Assembly: GCF_000143415.4 (NCBI RefSeq)
Contig: NW_003314342.1
Coordinates: 643,569 to 707,568 of the forward strand
DNA length: 64,000 bases
Origin: Selaginella moellendorffii
Taxonomy: Eukaryota > Plantae > Lycopodiophyta
Reading direction: 5' to 3'
Shown: in pieces, positions 37,901 to 48,432 of the stretch
Numbering within the stretch: position 1 is the first letter of the stretch
Layout of the letters: each line of letters starts with the position of its first letter
The notes under the pieces: generated by a model
Told to the model about the DNA's origin: nothing
Seen by the model: only the letters and a program-made list of their open reading frames with translations
Database searches by the model: none
Program-made: the position numbers and the translations under genes

Positions 37901-38101
37901 GCAGCACCGTCGACCGTCTCGTTGCCGCCACCTCCAGCTCTGGAAGTCACTCCGCCAGTGATGGTCGAGCAGCAGCAGCAAAACCAACACCAGGAAAGTT
38001 CGATTCATCGGCACCACCATCAACAGTCCGGCACAGTGGGATTTGAAGCTGCCAGTTCCTCCGGAGTGTTTGGAGACGAATTGCAAGAGGTGGAATTGTA
38101 A
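34957..38101 (+). pseudogene. Chimeric locus: N-terminal PLS-PPR (34957-~35585) fused in frame to the C-terminal two-thirds of a SEC16 gene; premature TAG at 36518-36520
   Basis: PPR repeats up to ERDVESW, then SEC16 motifs RLLIAGKQKEALRAAQDGQLWGCALLMARQLG, WQENLAIMAANRT, AHICYLVA, LCLIGADH, YASPEAIQR, GNS*FILLPFQPYKLIYA, RSRYVDTFN and the terminal DELQEVEL. Confidence 0.85.
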
Positions 38102-39132
38102 ATCACACTCCACAAGTAAGTAGTAGTGACTGTTGCTGGGTGGATTTTGGTAGAGCAGTGTAGCGAAGTAGTAGTCGTGGAAGGAGGAATTTTTTTTTGG
38201 CTGGGGTGATTCTTTGGAGCCAGGAAACCGTTGCACGAGTTAAACCGCTTTGCAACATTAAACATCTGTACTACATTATTTAATAATCCTGCCTAAATTC
38301 AAACAAAACTGATACAAGCTATTAGTATCATAACACTACCCTATTCTTTGTCAAGCTTGCATTTCAAATTTTCACCCTCTTAGCCTTATGGTTTTTTCTT
38401 AGGTTTTATTATTTGGGTTCTCTATGGATCACATCTTAGGAGGCATTTTTCCTTCCTCTCTAGCACATCTTAAGCACATATCTCTCCCACACTGTTTTGG
38501 TTTGTTTATGGCCATGGTCTTTCCTCAAAACATATAGTTTCCATTATTATAAAGAATATACATTTGTATTTTAGTATTGCTTGGTGTTGTGAGGGCCAAG
38601 TGTACAGCTACGATGCCATATACTAATATTAGCATAGTAAGATTTTAGTAGCCGTCAGATTGGTTTCAATTTGCACCATTCGCTCTTGTATATAAGTTAA
38701 AGTTTTTAGGCTAAATGCTATGCACATTTTCTATATTCCCTTTCCATATCTCAAGAACTCACATTGGTGGAGGTGAGGGGCACCTTTGATTGTCCCTAAG
38801 GAGTGTTTGAATTTGGGATTTTGGTTTAGATCTAGCTTTTGCATCGTTTAGATTTAACTTTTTCCATTTCCTTTCTTTTGTTCTTCCTTTTTAGGATTTT
38901 GGTTTAGATCTAGCTTTTTGCATTGTCTAGATCTCCCATTTCCTTCTTGCTTTTTGTCGTTTCTCTTCTTTTCCTCTTTCTTCATCCGTCTTCATGGCAG
39001 ATCAACAATCTCCTCTTTTGATTATGGAGTAGCAGTTGGTACAATTGCTTAATGCTATGCACTTGCAATTGAGCAATCAAACTCAGTTGATAGCGGCGTT
39101 CATGGCACGTGGTACAACTCCTCTTGCTCTTG

Positions 39133-42100
39133 TATGAAACACAAAATCCCTAGGCCTCAAAGTGGAGCTGAAAGGGCACCATGTGGTAGTGGCCGAAGCG
39201 AAAGCCAAACAAGCGTAACACGTTTGGACTAAAAGCTCCGACTTGAAAAGGTCGAGAGTGGGAGTGGAACTCCCAACGAAGTGCTCGAGGAACAAACACA
39301 AAGTGAAAGAAAAGTGAGTCTCTAGAAAAGGGACACAAGAGGACCGACACATGACACGTGGAAGGACCTGAGATGGAGTCCAAGATGGAGTCTAAGATGG
39401 ATCCAAGATGGATCCGAAATGGAGTTTGAGATGGAGTCCAAGATGGAGTCTGAGAAATGGGACTTATGGAGGTTGTGAATGAGACTCCTCCAAGTGGTTG
39501 GAGGTGCGGTTAAGTGACTAAAGTAGAATGGAAAAATTAGTCGATTACAACTTGGTATCGGAGCTGTTCCTTAGTCCGACTTTTATTGATGCTTAAGTAT
39601 ATCACCACTTGTATGGGAATTAGAAGGTCCTAGGTATAGACCTATCCTCGAGGAGGAGCATGTCAAGAGGACATGGCTCTCCCCTCAAGTTCATGTGTGA
39701 ACTTGTGCGCAATGTGGTGGATGGAAAAGGCCAGTAAGGGAACGACTTTGGGATCTTGGGAACAATATAAAGGTTTCCTCAGAAAGTTGAGGATGTGATC
39801 CAGATGAGCGTTTGATGCAGTAAACGGGCTAATGTAGTTGTGGTAAACAACTATAGTTAGGATCACGGGAAAGATGCAAACTCCAAAACGATAATGGAGT
39901 CACAAGATTACCCTCATATAGTTGAGGTTGGTGCTCATGAATTTGAGACTGGAATTGATGATCGTGGGAGGTCAAATACGGTAGAGGACACAAGTCCTTG
40001 AAATGGTAGCCGGGGCTACCTTTAATAAATGTTGGAACAACCCAAGGAGTTGGGGGTGTACTTAGAGGATGAGTTGGTATTCTCATCACATGGATAAGTG
40101 GTCATAAAGGGCAAAAGGTTGCCCCTAGAGAACAAATCAAGTGTCGGAGTAACACTTGCAAAGATGGTCCTTGTGAGTAGGACATGAATACAAGGAGTTG
40201 TATTCCAGTGAGCTAGCACCTCAAAAGTAAGACCTTATGGGTCGTCGGATTAGCAAAATCCAAAAAGTCTGATGACTCTAATAGAGTTAAGGAATAATCC
40301 TAAGGGATCGAGAAGCATTTGGACTGAGGTGCGTGGTGCCCCATGAAGGATGGGGAGGATCTTGAGATCCAAGTATGAAAACAGTGTGTATCTCATTGAT
40401 GGCAAAATGTGCCACACTAAAGTCGTGGGAAAGGTGTTCCCAGAAGAAGCAACTTTAGTGCAGAGTTGTGTGCGAACACTATGGTGTAATGCTAATGAAT
40501 AGTTGGCATGAGAAACGACTGGGTTGGTCTTGGCAAAGACTTAGACACAAGTGCAAAGTGTCATAAAGGCAGACTCATGGAGCCGATGGTGTGGGGACAC
40601 CAAATGGGCCAAGGTGTGATACCTTCAGGTTATGTTGATGAGTTCATGAGAACCCTTTGCCAAGGGAATCCCAATGGAAATGAGAATGGCATAGCCTAAG
40701 CTGGAAAGCATGTGGTAGAGTGTGGTGACCCGGATAATGATGGAGGTGTGGAAGCATCAGCAATGAGTTGTGGGACTTGACAACTATGAGACAACTAAGC
40801 AGGAGGTGTAGGTAATTGGTTAAACGGGTAGAAAGTAGCTACCCAAGACTTCTTAAAGTTAAATATACCCTTATTGGGGATAAGTTGCTTATGTTGCGAT
40901 ATAATAAGTCAATGTCGTAAAAGGAAATGCTCATTGTCAAAGAGGCCATCATTGGGACACCCAAACACTCTAGAACACCAAGAGGTGGTATTTAGTGTTG
41001 CAAGGGCAATAAATAAGGCCCAAGGGACAAAGTCCCTGGCGAACGATGGATAGAAGGTGCTATCCAAACGTCCAAGATTGCAAAGATGGGAGAAATTTCT
41101 CTACCCGAATTGGACAAAGCCAAAAAGGGATTTTGGCAAAGGTAATGATGGGCATATAAAGGCATATGAGTAGCAACGTTAATCCCGGTGTGTGGGATTA
41201 CAAGGTGAGCATACTCGGATTGAGGAACCACTCCCGAGGTTATCGGGTAGATTCATCCCTATGAATACTTGCAAAGGCATGGTAGAAAGTGCAAAGCCAT
41301 CCTCCTAGTCTGAAGGAGAATAATTGAAGGAAACATATGAGGCCAAAAAGCAAAGTAGTAAAGGGATGGAACCGAACCATAGGAATCGACAGGCATAACT
41401 GAGGGTGGTTATGTAAATTGGGAGTGGAGAATCAAGAGGGTGCTCAAGGATGTTGTTACTAGCAACCGCGATGCCATGGAGAGTCTAAAATGGGGAATTA
41501 TCCATATTAGACCATATGGTGACTAGGGAGCTTGCAAAGGAGAAGCCTTAGTGAGTTAAGGAATAGAGTTCCTTGAAGGTTCCCAAAGACAATTTTAGGT
41601 AGATAAGTACTTAGAAAGCCAAGTGTAAATGATTCTTAAAGTGCGTGAAATCAGAGTGGCGCAGCAGAAGCGTGATCTTGAAGCTAGCTATGAGGCGAGG
41701 CTATCAAGGTTGGGGAAATTGTTCCCGAGTGTTCAAAGAGAGGGCTTTGAACAAAAGGCGATGGTTAAAGACTTTCACGCTTATGCATGAACCATGTTAC
41801 AGTAGCCGAATGACTTGCTAAGCGAGATTGGCGAGTCAGGGGAATAAATCCCCTAGTTGAAGGTGCTAACTTCAAAAGGGGTGGCCCATGGGGCCGAGCA
41901 TGGAGGATATGCAAGATCACAAACTTGTCAAGCGAGAGGACTTGGTAGTGTAGAGGAACTAGGTTCCTAAGCTGTGATCTATAGCATGCTTTAAGTACAT
42001 GTTGGTGCACCGGCGTGGGGAGTCACGCTAGGCATCCTGTGTGATGCCGTCCGTAGATGCATATACGGAGGTTGGGTTCGAGTCCCGACCCTCTAGTGCT

Positions 42101-45100
42101 TGGGTTCGAGTCCCAACTCACTAGGGCGTGGTGATGGTTTGGAATATGAGGATATTCATATTTCAGTGGTTATGGACTCTTAGTGGGGAGATTGGTTTGG
42201 GCACACCGCCAAGCGAGGGATGCCTTGGAGTTGTGATACACAGTTAGATTGCTTAGTATGAAAGCTCAGCATATCTAACTTGAACACTTTGGTGCAAGGG
42301 GGCACCAAGGACGAGGTGATTGAGATGGGGACACTCAATCTTAGTTGCTATGGACCCTTGGCTGGAAGGGCTGGCTTGGGCGCACCACCAAGCGTGGGGG
42401 ATGCCCCTGGGTCATAGTCAACAACTTAAAAGTCTAGGAGACCTAGTACCTATTGGCAAACCTATTAAGGTGCCGAGGTTAGATCACTAAGTGATCTTAT
42501 GGTTAAAAACAAGGATAAGGTCCTTGTGAGGTTAAGGGATAAAGTTCTAAGTTCAAAGTGTTGATTGGAACTATTGATGATAGTGTGGCTTGGTCAAGGT
42601 GATCAAGTGGGAAGGACACCTAAGGGAAATGAGATATGTTAATGCAATGACATAGTGAGTCTGAGGAAAGTAGTCTCTATAAAAGACCCATGGGAGGGTC
42701 ACAAAGTTGGGCCGTAAATAGACCCCATAGCAGAAGATGCTAAAGAGACGTACTAGGGGTGAACACCCTCCGGACTTGGCAAAGGAGAGTCTTTGCTATA
42801 GAACCGAAAGGATACCTCGAAAATGGAGGTAGCGATCCTATGTTGCTAGATGCAACAATCAAGGATAGGAGCAAAAGACTAGTGGTTAAGTAAAGAGCCA
42901 TAGAAACCATGGGAAAGAATCTAAATGGCAAAGTTAGGCCAAGAACACTAAGGTGTTGGGTGCTAACAGATTGTGGGAAATGCAAATGTGTTTCCAAGGA
43001 TGGATTCCCAATTGCTTCAATTTGGCGAAAGTGGAAGCTCTAGGGGAGGGAGCGGTAAGGTAGCCAAACACAAATTATGATAACTGGAACTTAGTGCCAA
43101 TGGTGGCACAAAATAAAAAAGAGGATGATGATGCCCTCAAGTAGAGAACTTTATAAGATGGGGAAGTGGAATTGCATAATATGTGCAATGCAAGGTGTTG
43201 GAGACATCCAAGAAATTGACTTCGAGAAGTCAAAGTTAAAAGTTCCAAAGTGCAGGGGTTATATCGATGGAAAGCGAGACTACTTGAGAATGAGTAGTGG
43301 GATTGAGTTAGAGAAGGTATCTTTAACAACTTTAGCGAGAACTAAACTAGTAAAAGGAGAGAACCACCACAAGTGGTTCAATCAGTCTTTAAGTTGGAGA
43401 GATTATACTCCTTAAAGGATGAGGAAGGCATGGTGAGCCTTCAATATCAAACCATTGACGAATATTGGTGAGGGGCCAAAGATGGAAATGGTAATACAAG
43501 TTGGTATTACTTTATAAAATAGTTTATCGTTCGATGAGGACATCGAACTTTGTCTATGGGTGGTGGAGTTGTGAGACACAAAATCCCTAGGCCCCAAAGT
43601 GGAGCTGAAAGGGTGCCACGTGGTAGTGGCCGAAGCAAAAGCCAAACGAGCGTAACACATTTGGACTAAAAGCTCCAACTTGAAAAGGTCAAGAGTGGGA
43701 GTGGAACTCCCAACAAAGTGCTCGAGAAACATGCACGAAGTGAAAAAAAAGTGAGTTTCTAGAAAAGGGACACAAGAGGACCGACACATGACACGTGGAA
43801 GGACCCGAGATGAAGTCCAAGATGGAGTCCGAGATGGATCCGAGATAGATCTGAGATGGAGTCCGAGATGGATCCGAGATGGAGTCCGAGATGGAGTCCG
43901 AGATGGACCCGAGATGGAGTCCGAGATGGAGTCCGAGATGGACCCGAGATGGAGTCCAAGATGGAGTCTGGGATGGACCTGAGATAGAGTCCGAGATGGA
44001 GTCCGAGATGGACCCGAGATGGAGTCCGAGATGGAGTCTAGATGGAGTCCGAGATGGACTCGAGATGGAGCCTGAGATAGACCCGAGATGGAGTCTGAGA
44101 TGGACCCAAGATGGAGTCCGAAGTCGAGACCGAGACCAAGACCGAGATTGAGACCGAGATCGGGACCGAGACTGAGACTGAGACCGAGGCTGAGTCCGAG
44201 TCCGAGTCCGAGTCCGAGTTTGAGTCTGAGAGGGTGAAAGCCCAAAGCGCTCGTCTCCCAAACCCTGGGGGGTTTGGTGAGCTCCAAAAGTATAGTAAGG
44301 GGGAGGACTGCAGTGGAGCCAGTTTGGCCAGGAAAGGCTAGTTTGGCCTAGGAAGACTATATCCAATGTTGGGTGATGAGTTGCCCATTGGGAAGTCCAA
44401 AACTAGAGTGAACATGGACCGACAAACGGGGTAGCTTAGTGAAGTGTTCAAGAGCCGGCTCTAGTTCCCCCGGGAGATCAACTGGCCGATGCTCCCAGTC
44501 TAAGTGTGGGTGGCACTACCTACTTGGATACCTGGTGTGGCTCAACGAAACCTCACTCTAAGCCCATGGCTAGAGCACCCAAAGGCAGAAGGCGAGGAAA
44601 GTACCCAGGAGGCCCACGTAGGGCCACGGTGTTCCGAAATGTTGCCCCAAAGTCCCAAACTATGGAAAGGAAGAGGAGTAGCCCTCTGGTGTGGTGACTA
44701 AGGAGACAGTCACACAGTGAGGAAGTCCCAGAGGACAGTTGGACTTAGTGGTCGGGCCTGTGGGCCTTGATCTAGTGGCAGTGTTAGCGAACACGACCAT
44801 GGACAAAAAGGGACTTGATGGGGACTGGAAAAGAGATATTGGGGAAGGCTATTCCCCATGTCTGTGACATCCTAAGGATGCTAAGGAGTGGATCTGGGAT
44901 GATCACTCATGGACGGATGGTCTAGCCTTTGAGAGACGGGATTGTGATGCAGGTGGCATTAGTCCACCGGTGTGACCAGGGTGAATGGGCATGGCCTTAG
45001 CATAACGGGCCGATATATCGGTGGTACCTTGGGGTGTCGGTCATGGGATCTGATATGTGGAGCACTTGGACTAAGTGTAGAGGTTGAATGGCATGGATGC

Positions 45101-45225
45101 CATTCTCGGGGCTAGCAAGCCCCAAGTCTTGAATGGGACTTATGGAGGTTGTGAATGAGACTCCTCCAAGTAGTCGGAGGTGTGGTTAAGTGACTAAAGT
45201 AGAATGGAAAAATTAGTCGCTTACA
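39133..45225 (+). mobile_element. Non-autonomous large LTR element B1: 5' LTR 39133-39549 (internally deleted), 3' LTR 43570-45225, ~4-kb non-coding core
   Basis: Perfect TSD TCTTG (39128-32 and 45226-30); PBS ttggtatcggagc; PPT atgggtggtggagt; splits gag of element A. Confidence 0.92.
43800..44230 (+). repeat. LTR minisatellite of 12-mer GAGATGGAGTCC and 11-mer GAGATGGACCC units, followed by GAGACC/GAGTCC hexamers
   Basis: Directly visible tandem units. Confidence 0.95.
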
Positions 45226-46204
45226 TCTTGGTGCTAGTTCTTTCGTTCGACCGAAGTTCTTTTGTGGGAATCCTAGGGATGATGTGTACCATTGGTTCAA
45301 TCATTTCACGGTGATTGCCACATATCATTCTTGGGATGATACTCCACGTTTGTGTGAGTTTCCCACGTGTCTCCAAGGATGGTGTTGCAATGGTACAATG
45401 GTTTGAGCACAACCACTCGTGGGGATTGGAGTGTTCTCCTGGGCGTCTTCAAACGCGCCTTCGAACATGCTGACAACTGTGATGATGCCTTCCAACAATT
45501 GCATCATCTTTGCCAAGGGCCATCTAAGTCAGTGATGCAATTTGGCTTTTATTTCCGAAGTCTTTTACTTCGTGTGGAGCCACATATGTCGAAGCGGATC
45601 AAGCTAGGAATGTTGTGGCTAGCACTTCGTTAAGATCTTGTCAGACTTGTGCATGCACTTGCTCCCGCCACCCTTGACGATGCTCTTTGCTTGGTATAAC
45701 GTTATGAGACGTCGCCTCTTCCACTTCTTGCTGCCCGTCCTTCAACTCTCCTTCTTATAGGTGATAGTCCTATTCTAATGGAGGTTGATGTTGCTGCTGC
45801 TCGAGTCCAAGGACAAGGGCGAGGACATGGTCATGGCCGTGATGTTCGCTGCTGGGCGTGTGATAAAGTTGGTCATACTTATCGGCGCTATCGGCGTTTT
45901 CCGATTGGCGACCTCCATTTCTTGGGTGGAGACTTTGGCGTCATCAATGTCCTATTGATGCTGCTGCAGTGGAAGGTTTGGACACTGAGATGCATCCGGG
46001 AAACGAGGAGTCACGCGAGTAACAGAGGGACCTTGCGTGAATAAATCAGTGACCTCTCCATCTTAATTTCGGGAGTATCATCAAGGGGTTCACTCGACAC
46101 CGGTTCATCTAGTGTTACTTTCCAAGCTCATTTTTATAACAAGAGGTCTCCTATTATTCTCTCTTTGTTGGTTGATACAAGTTCGAGTTTATCTTTTATT
46201 GCTC

Positions 46205-47685
46205 AACTTGTTCTCTGTCGTGGAGTAGTTCACCTCTGCTAGTTGTAACATATGGCTTATATATGCAATGGGATGATGCTGACTAGGCACACTCAGGCTT
46301 TCTTGCATTAGCACACCTCCAAGACTAATATCAAAAGCATCTACGCGCAAAATAAAAAGGTCAAGTGTAGTCAGGATATGCCAAAATCAGAGGAGTCGTC
46401 AATAGCACTTTGAGATCCACAAATGCCCACTCACAATCTGAAGACCAGATGAGAGATGATATTGATGACTTCAGCAATGCTCGCAATGGTGCAGTGTAAT
46501 CAGAAAGATGATCCACAAAACGACCGAGATACTACACTTTGCCCAGGAAGCGCTGCACATCATTCACACACTTCTGAGTAGGGAACTTTAGAACAGCCAC
46601 AAGTTTGTCATGATCAACTTGCAAACCTTTACGAGAAATACGGTACCCAAGATAAGTCGTGTCCTTGGACCCAAACACGCATTTTGACCACTTCAGCTTT
46701 AAACCAACGTCCTATAGCTAATCTAACACTTTACACACATCACGAATATGCTCGTCCCACGTCCCCTCTGAGTGAATTAAGACATCATCAATGAAGTTAA
46801 TAGTCACCTTTGGCATATCACAAAGAACCTCGTCCATCATCTGCTAAAAAGTTGCTAGAGCATTGTTTAAACCAAATAGCATCATCAAGAATTCATATAA
46901 ACCAAACAGTGCATAAAAAACAGTCTTAGGAATATCTTCTTCGGCTAACGATACTTGCTAGTACCCAAAAGCAAGATCTAGCTTGGTGAACCAATGACTT
47001 CGCCCTAAACGATTCAAGAGATCAGCAGTGTGAGGAAGAGGGTACACATCTAGGATCATCACTTCATTTAACGGACCATAGTCAATGTAAAAACAAATAC
47101 TCCCATCAGGCTTCGTCACAAGATGAGGTTCATATGCCCAAGGACTCCACGACTTCTGAATAACACCCTTCTCCAACGTCTCCTTGATGTTTGCACGTAA
47201 AATCTTGATCTCCTTGGGTAACCGATGACGAACAGGAACCTTGATTTGGACGAGCATCCCCAGTTGGAATGGGATGACGTGTGGCAATCTTGGCCCTAGA
47301 CAATAAGTCAAATTCAAAGAGATTAGAATACTCCTTCATGAGCCGGTCAACCGCTGCAACACAAAGACTGTCGGAGGGATCAAAAAAGGGAAGAGCAGAA
47401 CAAGACAAAAACATAGGAGGAAATAGTGGGGGAACAAAATTAATGGAAGTAGAGGTAAAAGTAGAGGGACGAAGGGGTACGGAAGTGAGAGGAATGAATG
47501 AAACATAAGGAAGTATGAGACAAGGGGGAGAAGCCTCAAAGTCACACTTGGCATGATTGCACTGCAACCAATCCATACTAAGAATGAGGTCAAAAGTTTG
47601 ACTCAGCACCACCCATAATGACTGCAACTCAAGCTCAAGATCACCTACACGCACAACCAGGTCTGCCTCATCCCGTGCACATCCA
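46205..47685 (-). mobile_element. Inverted PR-RT-RNaseH segment of element A
   Basis: Minus-strand RVGDLELELQSLWVV..FDLILSMDWL (PR), SPWAYEPHLVTKPDGS..YPLP (RT) and IAYISHMLQLAEVNYSTTE (RH), while the flanking gag and IN are on +. Confidence 0.85.
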
Positions 47686-47919
47686 TATGAGACACAAAAT
47701 CCCTAGGCCCCAAAGTGGAGCCGAAAGGGTGCCACGTGGTAGTGGCCGAAGCGAAAGCCAAATGAGCGTAACACGTTTGGACTAAAAGTTCCGACTTGAA
47801 AAGGTCGAGAGTGGGAGTGGAACTCCCAATGATGTGCTCGAGGAATGAGCACGAAGCGAGCAATAAGCGAGGCTCCAAAAAGGGACCCAAAAGGACCAAC
47901 ACATGACACATGGAAGTGT

Positions 47920-48432
47920 CTGAGATGGACCCGGGTTGGAGTCTGAAGTGGAGTTCGAGAAAGACCCTGAGATGGAGTCCGAGATGGAGTCTGAGATGGA
48001 CCCAAGATGGAGTTCGAGATGGAGTCCGAGATGGACCCGAGATGGAGTCCGAGATGGACCCAAGATGGAGTTCGAGATGGAGTCCGAGATGGACCCGAGA
48101 TGGACCCGAGATGGAGTCCGAGATGGACCCGAGATGGACCCGAGATGGAGTCCGAGATGGACCCGAGATGGAGTCCGAGATGGAGTCCGAGATGGACCTG
48201 AGATGGAGTCCAAGATGGACCCGAGATGGAGTCCGAGATGGAGTCCGAGATGGACCCGAGATGGAGTCCGAAGTCAAGACTGAGACCAGGACCGAGACCG
48301 AGATCGAGACCGGGACCGGGACCGAGACTGGGACCGGGACCGAGACCGAGACCGAGACCGAGGCCGAGTCCGAGTTCGAGTCCGAGTCCGAGTCCGAGTT
48401 CGAGTTCGAGTCTGAGTTCGAGATCGAGTCTG
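47920..48432 (+). repeat. Same LTR minisatellite, B2 5' LTR
   Basis: Directly visible tandem units. Confidence 0.95.

Noticed and set aside
40268-40292. Hammerhead ribozyme (CTGATGA + stem) suggesting a retrozyme
   Set aside because: No GAAA after the stem, and CTGATGA is not conserved in B2.
42060-42125. tRNA gene(s)
   Set aside because: T-arm motifs only; no acceptor stem, D arm or anticodon arm could be built by eye.
47920-48432. CRISPR-like array
   Set aside because: Contiguous 11/12-mers without unique spacers; eukaryotic LTR context.
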